A DNA stretch of 64,000 nucleotides from Gemmatimonadota bacterium (GCA_034521595.1 JAXHMG010000003.1:2816001-2880000), one strand, 5' to 3'; counted from the stretch's first letter, positions 15,637-29,424 are shown. Made by a program: numbers and translations. The notes: a model not told the origin generated them from the sequence alone.

Positions 15637-16021
15637 CGTGAAAGAGTACCTGCGCCTCCCGTACACCAGGAGGGCCGAGAAGATAGAGAACGAGGGCGTG
15701 ACGGAGTTCGTCGCGTATGTTGAAGAGATCCCGTGGGTCCGGGTTCACGCGGACGAGCGGGAGGAAGCCTACTTTCTGCTCGGGGAGAGCCTCGAAGATG
15801 CATTACAGGCCATGATCGACGCGGGCGACGAGATTCCGATCCCGGCCGGAACCTTTGAGCGCTATGGTGAGCCCCACAGCACCGAGTCGGCCCCGGACAA
15901 GCCGCGGTGGTCGACGAGTATGCAGCCCGATGCGATAAACTTCGAGCCCGACTACGAGACCGAGAGTTGGGCGTCAGGAAACGTAGACCCGGAACGGGCG
16001 CTCACGAGCGAGATTGCCTAA
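15626..16021 (+). CDS. HicB-family antitoxin
   Basis: YLRLPY...FVAYVEEIPWVRVHADEREEA...AMIDAGDEIPIP partial RNase H-like HicB pattern. GGAG RBS. Confidence 0.75.
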   Translation: MSNSVKEYLRLPYTRRAEKIENEGVTEFVAYVEEIPWVRVHADEREEAYFLLGESLEDALQAMIDAGDEIPIPAGTFERYGEPHSTESAPDKPRWSTSMQPDAINFEPDYETESWASGNVDPERALTSEIA

Positions 16022-16051
16022 CAGCGCCCATCCAGTCATTCCCGACGTGAG

Positions 16052-16127
16052 CGGCCGGCCCCAACCGAAGGGGTCGGCCGTTTCTCTTGCCTGGAGGTCA
16101 CCGCGCGACCCGCTGCGCTCGGACTCC
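16052..16127 (+). repeat. 76-bp direct repeat, copy 2 (terminator-like hairpin after hicB)
   Basis: See copy 1. Lies about 110 bp from the trailer end of the CRISPR array. Confidence 0.9.
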
Positions 16128-16237
16128 CGGACTCTACGAGAGTGTCAAATTCTCAACCGTTGGTTTTGTCCAAGGGCAAACCGGTGATGGCAGAAGCGGG
16201 ATGTGCCGGCGTTCCGTCGCGCGGATGGAGCGAAGGA

Positions 16238-19200
16238 GCTTCAATGAGGCCGCGCCCCGAAGGACGCGGAAGGCCGGAAGACCTTCAAGCGTGGCGTGAA
16301 GCGCCAGCACTCGCTTCAATGAGGCCGCGCCCCGAAGGACGCGGAAGGCCACGGCACGCCGTACTGATCCGTGCACCAGAGATCGCTTCAATGAGGCCGC
16401 GCCCCGAAGGACGCGGAAGGACTCGAGATAGCGACCCCGATGGCTCGAGATTTCAGCATGCTTCACGAGCCGCGCCCCGAAGGACGCGGAAGGCGGAGAC
16501 CTCCGCAGTCGGCCAGCTATCCTCGTGCTTCAATGAGGCCGCGCCCCCGAAGGACGCGGAAGGCGCAAGCGACGCACTGCGCCGAAGCTCGGATGGACTC
16601 GGGCCTGCTTCCAGTGAGGCCGCGCCCCGAAGGACGCGGAAGGCTCGAGGGCGGTCAGGCTGAACGCAAGCCGCTAGAGCGCGTACGGCGCATGCTCTCG
16701 ACGAAGGCCGCAGCCCCGAAGCCGAGGCGCGCGAAGGACGCGCGGTACAAGGCCGCTCGGATCGCGCGCCTGGCGTCTGTGTCGATAGCTTCAATGAGGC
16801 CGCGCCCCGAAGGACGCGGAAGGACCTGAACGACGGCGAGACGCGTGCCTCACGTCGTGCCGAGCTTCAATGAGGCCGCGCCCGAAGGACGCGGAAGGGA
16901 GGACAGCACGCTCCACTCGGGGCGCGGAGATCTGCGCGGCTTCAATGAGGCCGCGCCCCGAAGGACGCGGAAGGGCGCACGGTTTCGATGGCGACCGGAT
17001 GAATGACCTATCGCGCTTCAGATGAGGCCGCGCCCCGAAGGACGCGGAAGGGTGGGGCTCGAAGCAGCCCGATGCCATGCTTCGATCGCCCGCGCTTCAA
17101 TGAGGCCGCGCCCCGAAGGACGCGGAAGGTGCTCCGGGCGATCGTCATGCGACGCACCTCGCAGTGCCTCGCGCTTCAATGAGGCCGCGCCCCGAAGGAC
17201 GCGGAAGGGTCAGCGAGCGACGGCGTCGACCACGATGTTCGAGCACGTCGCTTCAATGAGGCCGCGCCCCGAAGGACGCGGAAGGAGGCGTCGCGTGCCG
17301 TAGCGCGCGGACGGAGTCGAGCAGCTGAGCGGGCTTCAATGAGGCCGCGCCCCGAAGGACGCGGAAGGGGCTGTCAGTCCGAGCATCATCGCGCTCGCAG
17401 GTCGTCGCTTCAATGAGGCCGCGCCCCGAAGGACGCGGAAGGAGTCATCGACCGGCTCGACGACTGCATGATGTGCGACAGCAGCTTCAATGAGGCCGCG
17501 CCCCGAAGGACGCGGAAGGGCGCTCGACCTATGCCAGCCCGACGGCGACGCTCGAGGCTTCAATGAGGCCGCGCCCCGAAGGACGCGGAAGGCGGAGGGA
17601 TGCGGACGCGAATCGGCGGCACGTGCGGCGCGGCTTCAATGAGGCCGCGCCCCGAAGGACGCGGAAGGCGGCGCTCGAGTTCCGACGCGCGAATCGTCGA
17701 CCGCAGCGCTTCAATGAGGCCGCGCCCCGAAGGACGCGGAAGGGCGAGGCCATGGCCTCCGGATGTCGTAGGACAGCTCCGCACGCTTCAATGAGGCCGC
17801 GCCCCGAAGGACGCGGAAGGGATGCGCGCACCGGATGTAGCCGGATCCGGCGCACGCTCGGCACAGCTTCAATGAGGCCGCGCCCCGAAGGACGCGGAAG
17901 GAGCGCGTAGACGACCACGCACGCGACGGCTACCGAACCGCGCTTCAATGAGGCCGCGCCCCGAAGGACGCGGAAGGGGGACGAGTTGCCGCTGGTCGCG
18001 CGACTAAGTCCATCGAGCTGCTTCATGGAGGCCGCGCCCCGAAGGACGCGGAAGGGAGCCTCGGTCGCGACGGTCGACGGACAGCGCGGCATGCGCTTCA
18101 ATGAGGCCGCGCCCCGAAGGACGCGGAAGGAGCCGAGCTCGACCGACCGCGGTCAACTCGCGCCGAGCGCTTCAATGAGGCCGCGCCCCGAAGGACGCGG
18201 AAGGGCGCCGAGCTCTCGGACGCGCTGGCATGCGGCAGTCGACTGCTTCAATGAGGCCGCGCCCCGAAGGACGCGGAAGGCGCGGCACGCACGGACCAGT
18301 ACACTCGCACCGCGCGCTTCAATGAGGCCGCGCCCCGAAGGACGCGGAAGGGCGCGAGCGACGTGCCGCACGACGCTCGAGCATCCGGCACTCGCTTCAA
18401 TGAGGCCGCGCCCCGAAGGACGCGGAAGGTCCACCCGTCCGCTGATCGGCAGATCGTCATTCTGTCGCTTCAATGAGGCCGCGCCCCGAAGGACGCGGAA
18501 GGGCGAGTCTGCGCCGGTCGACGCTGACTTGTCGACTGCTTCAATGAGGCCGCGCCCCGAAGGACGCGGAAGGCGTCGGAGCGCCGTCCGAGTACGCTGG
18601 AAACGCTGTGGCTTCGATGAGGCCGCGCCCCGAAGGACGCGGAAGGACGAGGAAGACGTGACCGAGCGGCCGTCAGACAAGCGCTTCAATGAGGCCGCGC
18701 CCCGAAGGACGCGGAAGGGTCGCTGGGCTTTCGGACGTGTCGATCGGATCGGCTTCGCGGGCTTCAATGAGGCCGCGCCCCGAAGGACGCGGAAGGGCCT
18801 GGCCGGTCGAGCCGATGCGTCTCAGCGACACGGTCAGGGCTTCAATGAGGCCGCGCCCCGAAGGACGCGGAAGGAGGACCACCCGCTCGGCGCATGCTCG
18901 TACGCGTCTCGAGGCTTCGATGAGGCCGCGCCCCGAAGGACGCGGAAGGCGACGAGCCGTCGCGATGATCTCGATGCGATCAGTACGTGCTTCAATGAGG
19001 CCGCGCCCCGAAGGACGCGGAAGGGAGCTCGAGCTCATCGGCTGTCGGCGCCGAGTCGGCCGCGCTTCAATGAGGCCGCGCCCGAAGGACGCGGAAGGCA
19101 CAGTGCGCGCGGCGACGAAGACGGTCGAGCAATCGCATGCTTCAATGAGGCCGCGCCCCGAAGGACGCGGAAGGGCGGCTGGACGTCGACGAGTCTGGCA

Positions 19201-19849
19201 CGTCCACGGCGCGCTTCGATGAGGCCGCGCCCCGAAGGACGCGGAAGGGCGAGGTCGACGACCGTGCGTGGACCACGACGCTGGTCACGTCGCTTCAATG
19301 AGGCCGCGCCCCGAAGGACGCGGAAGGCGACGCGGTCAGCGAGCTCGACGAGGACAGCCGATGAGTGCTTCAATGAGGCCGCGCCCCGAAGGACGCGGAA
19401 GGACGCGGTGGCGTCCGGTCTCGACCGGACCAACCCGACGCTTCAATGAGGCCGCGCCCCGAAGGACGCGGAAGGGTCGGACTCGGCCGCGCGTCGACGG
19501 AACGCGGTCGCGGCGCTTCAATGAGGCCGCGCCCCGAAGGACGCGGAAGGGGCCGACGCGGCGATGTGGCGTGCTCGCTGACGTCGCTCGGGCTTCAATG
19601 AGGCCGCGCCCCGAAGGACGCGGAAGGAGCATGGCGATGGTCGCGAGCGCGGAGCGACCGACAGAGTGCTTCAATGAGGCCGCGCCCCGAAGGACGCGGA
19701 AGGGATAGGACGCACGGGATCGGCCATCCGATCGCGCCGCTTCAATGAGGCCGCGCCCCGAAGGACGCGGAAGGGCTGGCACCGTGCCGTGGCCGTCCGT
19801 GCGTGGTCGAGTGGCTTCAATGAGGCCGCGCCCCGAAGGACGCGGAAGG
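16238..19849 (-). CRISPR. CRISPR array, about 48 repeats (one heavily degenerate) and 47 spacers; 36-nt repeat CCTTCCGCGTCCTTCGGGGCGCGGCCTCATTGAAGC in transcribed orientation
   Basis: GCTTCAATGAGGCCGCGCCCCGAAGGACGCGGAAGG recurs on + from 16238 to 19849. Minus-strand transcription is supported by the ATTGAAGC 3' end, a stem that pairs fully only on minus, degenerate repeats at the left end and the leader at the right. Confidence 0.98.
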
Positions 19850-20022
19850 GGCACCGGTGGCAAGTGCCCTGATGCCACAATGCTGGACGCCACCATGCGA
19901 GCGCCGCAGCCAGATGACAACCGGGGGACCGTGTCACTCCGTCCAGCACTACACATAAACCGTTGTTGTCAAACAACTCCGAACGCTTCCCGTGATCCGG
20001 GGATCACTCAGCCGCTCGCGAA
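19850..20022 (-). promoter_or_regulatory. CRISPR leader
   Basis: Non-coding, relatively AT-rich, between the cas2 stop and the first intact repeat. Confidence 0.75.
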
Positions 20023-20322
20023 TCATACGATATGCGAGCGAATGGCGGGCTCGTAACTCCGTCCTACGATCTCGAGGTGGTTCTCGAGCGGCCGATGTGC
20101 CCGGCCAAGATCCAGGATCATCACCTGATCTTCATCCTCCTGGATTGCCTGACGGAGCTCGATTCGCATTCGAATCAGCTCACGGTCGGTCAGTTCACAT
20201 AGAAATACGCTGAACTGCGCCCAGTCCCCGAACCCGTGCAGTTCGTTGAAAACTTTGTCTCGCCGCTTGTCGTCCGAGACATCGTAGGCCACGAGGTATC
20301 GGCGGCGTCGTGTCTCCGTCAT
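20023..20322 (-). CDS. cas2: CRISPR-associated Cas2
   Basis: YLVAYDVSDDKRR...GDWAQFSVF; 99 aa, after cas1. Confidence 0.95.
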   Translation of the reverse strand: MTETRRRRYLVAYDVSDDKRRDKVFNELHGFGDWAQFSVFLCELTDRELIRMRIELRQAIQEDEDQVMILDLGRAHRPLENHLEIVGRSYEPAIRSHIV

Positions 20323-22043
20323 CGCGTCGTCATCGGAGGATAGGCAGGGATGTCACCTCTGAGCCAGCGGCTGAGGAGGCGTGCCTGCACACGTATCACG
20401 GATCGCCAGGAGCAGCGGTATCCGAACAGGGGATGGGTGACGAGCTGATCCAAACGCGCCTCATAGGCTCGCAGAAAGGCCTTTCGGCCCTTGGGCCCAA
20501 GCATGCAGCTGGCCTGCGACCGCTTGAAATTGCGCTTGGTCACCATGGCCGTGTTGATCGCGGTGAGGACGGCGCTGTCTACCACCAGGGGACGAAACTC
20601 TTCCATCAGATCGAGGGCGAGTGCCGGTCGACCGTGTCTCGGTTGATGGAAGAGCCCCCACCATGGGTCGAGCCCTTCCGCCATGAGGGCCACCGTACAC
20701 TCCTTCGCGAGGATGGCGTAACCGAAGGAAAGGAGGGCATTGACAGGATCACGAGGCGGACGGCGGTTGCGCCCGTCGAAATCCCACTCGCTCTCGAAAT
20801 CACGGGGCCTGAGCGCCCCTCCGAACGCCCTGAAATAGTGCGAAGCCAAGCCACCTTCGAGCCCGAGCAACTCTCCGATGGACTGTGCATGCGGAACCTT
20901 CTTCAGAAGCGCCTGCATCGCGGCTCCGACGTCTTTCGGACGTGGCCTTACATTGCGACCGATGAGGGTCCGCTGATTCGCCCCCTTTGCCTCGACGATC
21001 CGCCTGGCGAACGCGAGGCAGCGCTCTGGATCCCCTGCGGCTCCGAACTGGGCCTGCCGATCGAAGGCGTTTCGCAAGCCCATGCCGTGTGTAACCCCGT
21101 AGAACCAATGTCCAGTGGAGAAATGGACGATGGGGATCGACGCCTCGCAGAGCAGGTGAATGGCTTGGGCGGATACCGAGACATTGCCGAGGATCACCAG
21201 TTGGCTCACGTCCTTGAGCCGCGCGCGGCCGAGTTCCGCGCCGCTCCGCTTCACGACGAGCACTTTTTTGCTCTTACCGACCTTGGCTCCCTGTTCCTGC
21301 ACATAGAACGGCAGCGCTTCATCCCGTGACGGATACAAGCGCCGTACGGGCGGGTGTGTATCCGTCGGACCCGCGTGCTCGCCCGTCGGGATGGCTTTGA
21401 GGACCAGAGTCTCATCGGGCAGGCAGATCCCACTCAAGGAGCAACCGCGGCACTTTGGGCTGTCATCGAGAGGAGGGGGGATAGTGGTCGATCGCTGAGC
21501 TGCATGCGCCTTCTCGACGAGTTCCTGCGTCCGATTCTCGAGCGCAGCATCGAACGGAACGTCTACCCTGGTCCGCGAGGCGGCGAAGTACAGCACGCCA
21601 TGATCACTCCGATACCCGTGCTCGCGCAGCAATAATCCCTGCGCCATCAGTTGTACCCGCTCGGGCTCCCAGCTCCGCTCAGGGGTATCGGGAACACGGC
21701 CCCGTTTCGTTTCTACGGGAACCGCCTCCTCCCCGGCCGTGGAAACCAGATCGAGCTTGGCCGTTAGCCCGAGAGCTTCAGACCCGAGACTCACCGAGCG
21801 AGCGATCTCGGGCCGTTGGTCCTCTTCGTCCGCCGCCTCCCCGTCACCCGACGTCTCCGCCGAAGGGTCAGGAAGAACGTGGTCGAGGCGGTCGACCCTA
21901 CGATGCACCTCCCGACCTTCTTCGGTGAAGCGATTGTCGTCCCAGCGCCCCTCGACGTGCATCAGGTGAAATAGGCGGGGGCAGTACGCATACTCGTTGA
22001 GCATACGCACAGGAAGGAGGTGACGCGGACCGCCGTGACTCAC
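20319..22043 (-). CDS. cas4-cas1: Cas4-Cas1 fusion
   Basis: YAYCPR...PVETKRG...PKCRGCSLSGIC (Cas4, four Cys), then LLGLEG...RNRRPPRDPVNALLSFGY...LDLMEEFRP (Cas1). Confidence 0.95.
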   Translation of the reverse strand: MSHGGPRHLLPVRMLNEYAYCPRLFHLMHVEGRWDDNRFTEEGREVHRRVDRLDHVLPDPSAETSGDGEAADEEDQRPEIARSVSLGSEALGLTAKLDLVSTAGEEAVPVETKRGRVPDTPERSWEPERVQLMAQGLLLREHGYRSDHGVLYFAASRTRVDVPFDAALENRTQELVEKAHAAQRSTTIPPPLDDSPKCRGCSLSGICLPDETLVLKAIPTGEHAGPTDTHPPVRRLYPSRDEALPFYVQEQGAKVGKSKKVLVVKRSGAELGRARLKDVSQLVILGNVSVSAQAIHLLCEASIPIVHFSTGHWFYGVTHGMGLRNAFDRQAQFGAAGDPERCLAFARRIVEAKGANQRTLIGRNVRPRPKDVGAAMQALLKKVPHAQSIGELLGLEGGLASHYFRAFGGALRPRDFESEWDFDGRNRRPPRDPVNALLSFGYAILAKECTVALMAEGLDPWWGLFHQPRHGRPALALDLMEEFRPLVVDSAVLTAINTAMVTKRNFKRSQASCMLGPKGRKAFLRAYEARLDQLVTHPLFGYRCSWRSVIRVQARLLSRWLRGDIPAYPPMTTR

Positions 22044-22047
22044 GGCT

Positions 22048-23580
22048 CTACACCGCGCTCTTGAACGTTCCGAGCCCAAAGTGGCAGCCGAATCCCAACG
22101 CGAGCGGGCCGCGCACGGGCTCGGGAAAGGTGAGGTGCCAGAAGCTCCCCCCGGTGTCCGGTTGGACGCTCCTCCGTCGCTTCCCGCGACTTCGGAATCG
22201 GTAGAAGTGAACGGGACGCCGTTCGCGGCCCTTCACAGTCACGCTCTCCCGGGGCTCGACCACCGGTTCCGGCATGCCGCGTAGACGGCACTCTCGGCGA
22301 ATCTGTTCCGCCACACCGAGATTCTTCTTCCGAAACCACGGGTGCAGGTACGGCGTCACCGACACCCATTCTGTCGCATGGGCCAAGAGGTGCCGGTCCG
22401 CGAAGTCGTCGAGTGTGCCATGCCGCTCGAAGGTCACGGCCCATTCCTCTCCCCCGCTCAACCAGATGCGATCCAGGCCCACGAGCGCGTCTAACGCGTG
22501 CTCGTCCAAGCCGCCTGCAGCATGAACAACGACGTGATCGACGTGCCCGTCTCCGTCCATGTCTTCGGGAAGATAGAACGCGTGCTGGTGCCGATTGTCG
22601 TCACCCATGTCGTGACCGGAGAGGATCGGCGGGACGTCGCCATCGGCCTCCGAGATACGGTCGGCCTTCGCCATGGCCGCCCTGCGCACCACCTCGCCCA
22701 CTTTGATCGCGTCCTCGATGCGGGGAAGTGGCTTGCCGGCAAGAATCAGGCGTACCGTTGTAGTGCGCTCGGCCGGACGCTTCTTCCACAAGAACGAGGA
22801 GCGAGCTCCGAAAGCGTCAGCGGGGCGAACGTAATCCGCGTTCGCGACGCCCGGGTGTCGACTCCATCCCTGGGCACGGACATCTCCGGTGTCGAGCCGA
22901 AGCGCGTCGATGAAGCGTTCAGGCAAGGTCGCCAAGAGACGCTTTTGTCTAACGCCCAGCCGCCCTTCGTCGAGTCCCAGGGAGGCCACCTGGTCATCGC
23001 GCCACGCCTCGTACTGGTCGGGAGATACGGGTGTCGCGACCGATACGACCTCACTCTCGACCGTGTCGGCGAACGCGCTCGCATCATCGAGTGGAGCACA
23101 GTTCGGCACGCCCTCCCACCCCTCGAGCAACCGTGCTTCGACCCAGCTTTCAGCTCGCCCCAGGTATCCGAGGCGGTCGAGGAGCAGGGCGAGATGGGTT
23201 CGCTGGCCAGCGTCCAGGGACAAATCCGGCCAGTGCATCACCACATCCTCGTTCCGAGGAACACTGGCGAACGCGTCGAAAACCAGCGTCGTCTTTTCGC
23301 CGCGTCCTTCCCGGATGGGCATGTAATGTCGGGTGTGTGCAGACGACGCAGGGGGAAGAGCGAATCTCGGCTCCCGGGCTGCCAGGGCGGTCACCAACCG
23401 TTCGAGGTCGGCCTCGGAGATCTCGTCGGAATCAACCTTTCTGTGCCAGATCGCCACGAGCGTACGAAGCACTCGCCACGGCGACGGAGGCCACTCCACG
23501 GCAGCTTCGTTCACATGGGTCCCCCACGGCGTCGCATGGTATCGTCCGGCGAGAAAGCGGAACGCGATGGCCGTGCTCAC
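22048..23580 (-). CDS. csb2: Type I-G Csb2 (Cas5/Cas6 fusion)
   Basis: GRYHATPWG...EWPPSPWR...YLGRAESWV and C-terminal GPLALGFGCHFGLG glycine-rich loop. Confidence 0.92.
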   Translation of the reverse strand: MSTAIAFRFLAGRYHATPWGTHVNEAAVEWPPSPWRVLRTLVAIWHRKVDSDEISEADLERLVTALAAREPRFALPPASSAHTRHYMPIREGRGEKTTLVFDAFASVPRNEDVVMHWPDLSLDAGQRTHLALLLDRLGYLGRAESWVEARLLEGWEGVPNCAPLDDASAFADTVESEVVSVATPVSPDQYEAWRDDQVASLGLDEGRLGVRQKRLLATLPERFIDALRLDTGDVRAQGWSRHPGVANADYVRPADAFGARSSFLWKKRPAERTTTVRLILAGKPLPRIEDAIKVGEVVRRAAMAKADRISEADGDVPPILSGHDMGDDNRHQHAFYLPEDMDGDGHVDHVVVHAAGGLDEHALDALVGLDRIWLSGGEEWAVTFERHGTLDDFADRHLLAHATEWVSVTPYLHPWFRKKNLGVAEQIRRECRLRGMPEPVVEPRESVTVKGRERRPVHFYRFRSRGKRRRSVQPDTGGSFWHLTFPEPVRGPLALGFGCHFGLGTFKSAV

Positions 23581-23590
23581 GGCTACCCTC

Positions 23591-26806
<3,216 letters not shown>

Positions 26807-26814
<8 letters not shown>

Positions 26815-29236
26815 CGGCCGCCCCTTCCTCCACACCCGATGCGCTCCAATCTGCTAGCCGGACCAGCGCTTCCAACCAACTGAGCTGAAAAGGGCCATGA
26901 GCTTCGAGTAGCGCCTGCGTGCGCTCGGTCCAGGAAGGTCCGGATGGGCCCCTTCCGAGGCGCATGAGGTCGAGCCGAAGCTCGGTTTGAGGAACACGAA
27001 CACCATTCATGCCGAGGGCCGGAAGGATATCGCCATCCCATATCCCCCGTGCCACCAGCCGTCCGTCGTCCGGCATGGGCTCCGTGGGCATCGCCCGCAA
27101 ACCCATGCGCACCTTCCCGTGGTGGGCGGCGATCAAGAAGGCAATGAGATCACGGTCGGCGTGGTCCGGGTTGTGTGCGAGCCATGCGAGCATGGAGGCC
27201 AGCTCATGACGGAAGAAGGGCCGCCGTTGGGTCGTTTCGCCATCGACCACTCGGTACCGCGGCCGCCCTCGCCCGGGCGACTTCGCCCAGAGCCGCTCCT
27301 CCCGCCCTTCTCCGGGCTCGGCCGCGTCCAGGAGCGCCGTTCGAAACGCGGGGTGCGCCTTCCCGATATCGTGCCACAATGCCGCCGTACTCACGGCTTT
27401 TGCTTCCGATATGGGTAACGCAACGCTTTCCGTGATGCGTTCGGCCTCCTGCTTCGCGTCCTCGAGATGAGCCGACAGTTCGACCCACGTCCGCGCGTGG
27501 CTGCGTGGGTCACCTCCGTACACCTCGTGCAAACCACCCTCCGCAAGCGTGAGAAGATCGAGCACGTCCGCTTTGCTCGAGGGTTCGAAACCCAGCTCGA
27601 CGTCGTATCCACCATCCGTAGACCGGAGCAAGAGAACAGCCCCCGGGACGATGGAGTCATTCTTGGTCTTCCGCTGCCAACGCTCCAGCAAAGGGTCCCA
27701 TTGCCAGGCGGCACGGGCGCGCTTCCGCACGGACTTCTTCAGGTACTCGTCGAACTGTCCCATCGAAACGTTACAGAGCTCCTCGCGTTGCGGAGAGGGT
27801 ATTTCGTTCGCGGGACCGTCTTCGAAGACGCGCCAATAGACCTGAACCTGCGGGGGACCTTCGTCGCGAATGTACGGGGCGATATCGACGTCGAAGCCCT
27901 GAAGGTCCGGATCCGTGTTGAACAGCTCGAGAAAGTCTTTCCTTCGGACCACCTGATGGACCGGACGCTCACCGGAAACGGGGTTGAGCGACGCTGGAGA
28001 AACGTCGTCGCCGGCCGCTTCGAGAATAGCACGGGAAGTAGCCAGGTCCGCCGCATCGTAGGGCGCCGCATCCTTTCCTTCGAGCTGCATATCGATCCAG
28101 ACGACCTCCGCCCCCTCCTCCACCTCTCCGTATCGATTACAACGCCCGAAGCGTTGGACCATAGAGCTCCAGGGTGCCAGCTCCGTGAACAAGCACGAGG
28201 ATGTGATATCCACTCCGGCTTCGATGGCCTGGGTCGCCACGACGATCCGTCCTTCCCCACTCGAAACACCCTGCTGAAGCTGATCCTCGATAACCGCCCG
28301 CTCCGCCGACCGGAACCGCGCGTGGAGAAGCAGCGCTTCGACGTCGGGCACGACCTCCCGGATGGCTGCGTACAACGCTTGTGCTCGGTCGACGCGATTG
28401 ACGACGATCAGCGTTTGAGAGCCGGGTTGATGATATTCCGCCACTTCGGCGGCCAGGGACTCCGTGTATTCGGCAACGGCGTTCTTCGCGGTTCCTTCTA
28501 ACGTCACCTCGCTTCTCGAAAGGACCTTCTTCGCCGAGAGCCGGCCGGAAACCCTCTGCCGATCCTCGGCCGAGATGCGAAGCACGGCGAGATCACGAGT
28601 ATGCGGAGCAAAATCGACCGTTTCCAGCCAGTCCTCCCGGAGCGTGGCCGAGAGCCACAAGCTCCGGCTCGTTCGTGCCTGAGGCCACACGCGCCGGAAC
28701 GCATCGAGCTGGGCTGAAGTCTCCAGTGCCGGGCCCATCAACTGCACCTCGTCGTAGACCCACATCGCATCGTTGTGGAGGAGCGCGTAGTCGAGCGGCC
28801 ACAGGTAGCGGCTCATGCCATAACCCCTCATCAACGCTCGGGAGAGCAACATGTCCTGCGTTCCGACAAGAAACGCGGCGCGATCGGGCTGGTCACGCCA
28901 ATCGTCTTCGACCCTACCACCCATCAGTGTCCGGACCAGTGGAGGCTCGAGGCTTCGTGCCGTGAAATACGGCTCAGCACGCTCTATCCATTCCCCGACC
29001 ACCGTCGATGTCTGGTCTACGAGCACCCGCATCGGGAGGCAGTACACAAGGCGGGTCGGCGTGGCCTCGTCGGCGTTGAGTCGCTTCCACAACCACGCCA
29101 CCGCCACGCCGGCCGTCTTTCCCAATCCGGTCGGAACGTCCACGACATCCGGCCACGCTTCCTGGCCCATCCGGGCTTGGTGGGGAAACGGCTCGTTGCC
29201 CGTAACGTCTCTGAAGAAGGTGGAATAGCCTGCCAT
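26807..29236 (-). CDS. cas3: Type I-G Cas3, helicase with C-terminal HD nuclease
   Basis: PTGLGKT, DEVQ, SAT, QRFGRCNR, then C-terminal WHDIGKAH...FRHE...AHHGK...LAD. The helicase-then-HD order is typical of I-G. Confidence 0.95.
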
Positions 29237-29424
29237 CGAACGACCTCGCCTGAGTCGAATGAATGCGGTGGATCGAGGGTTGCCGAAGTTTAGAGTTGGG
29301 GTATGACAACCGTGACGCTCGCGCAATGTATGGGTACGGATAAGCCGCGCGCGAGCCGCGGTTCGCACCCACCGTCCACTGCGTCAACAACGTCCCCATT
29401 ACGCACGGCCCCCTCCCCCCACGC

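Noticed and set aside
15355-16127. 76-bp repeats as a mini-CRISPR, CreA-like RNA or integron attC
   Set aside because: No convincing similarity to the CRISPR repeat and no attC core sites. Kept only as a direct repeat.
16155-16172. AACCGTTG...TTGTC similarity between the trailer flank and the leader (about 19958-19972)
   Set aside because: Too short and gapped to distinguish from chance.
16142-19976. ORFs up to 487 aa across the array
   Set aside because: Translations of the repeat (MRPRPEGRG, FNEAAPRRTRK), not genes.
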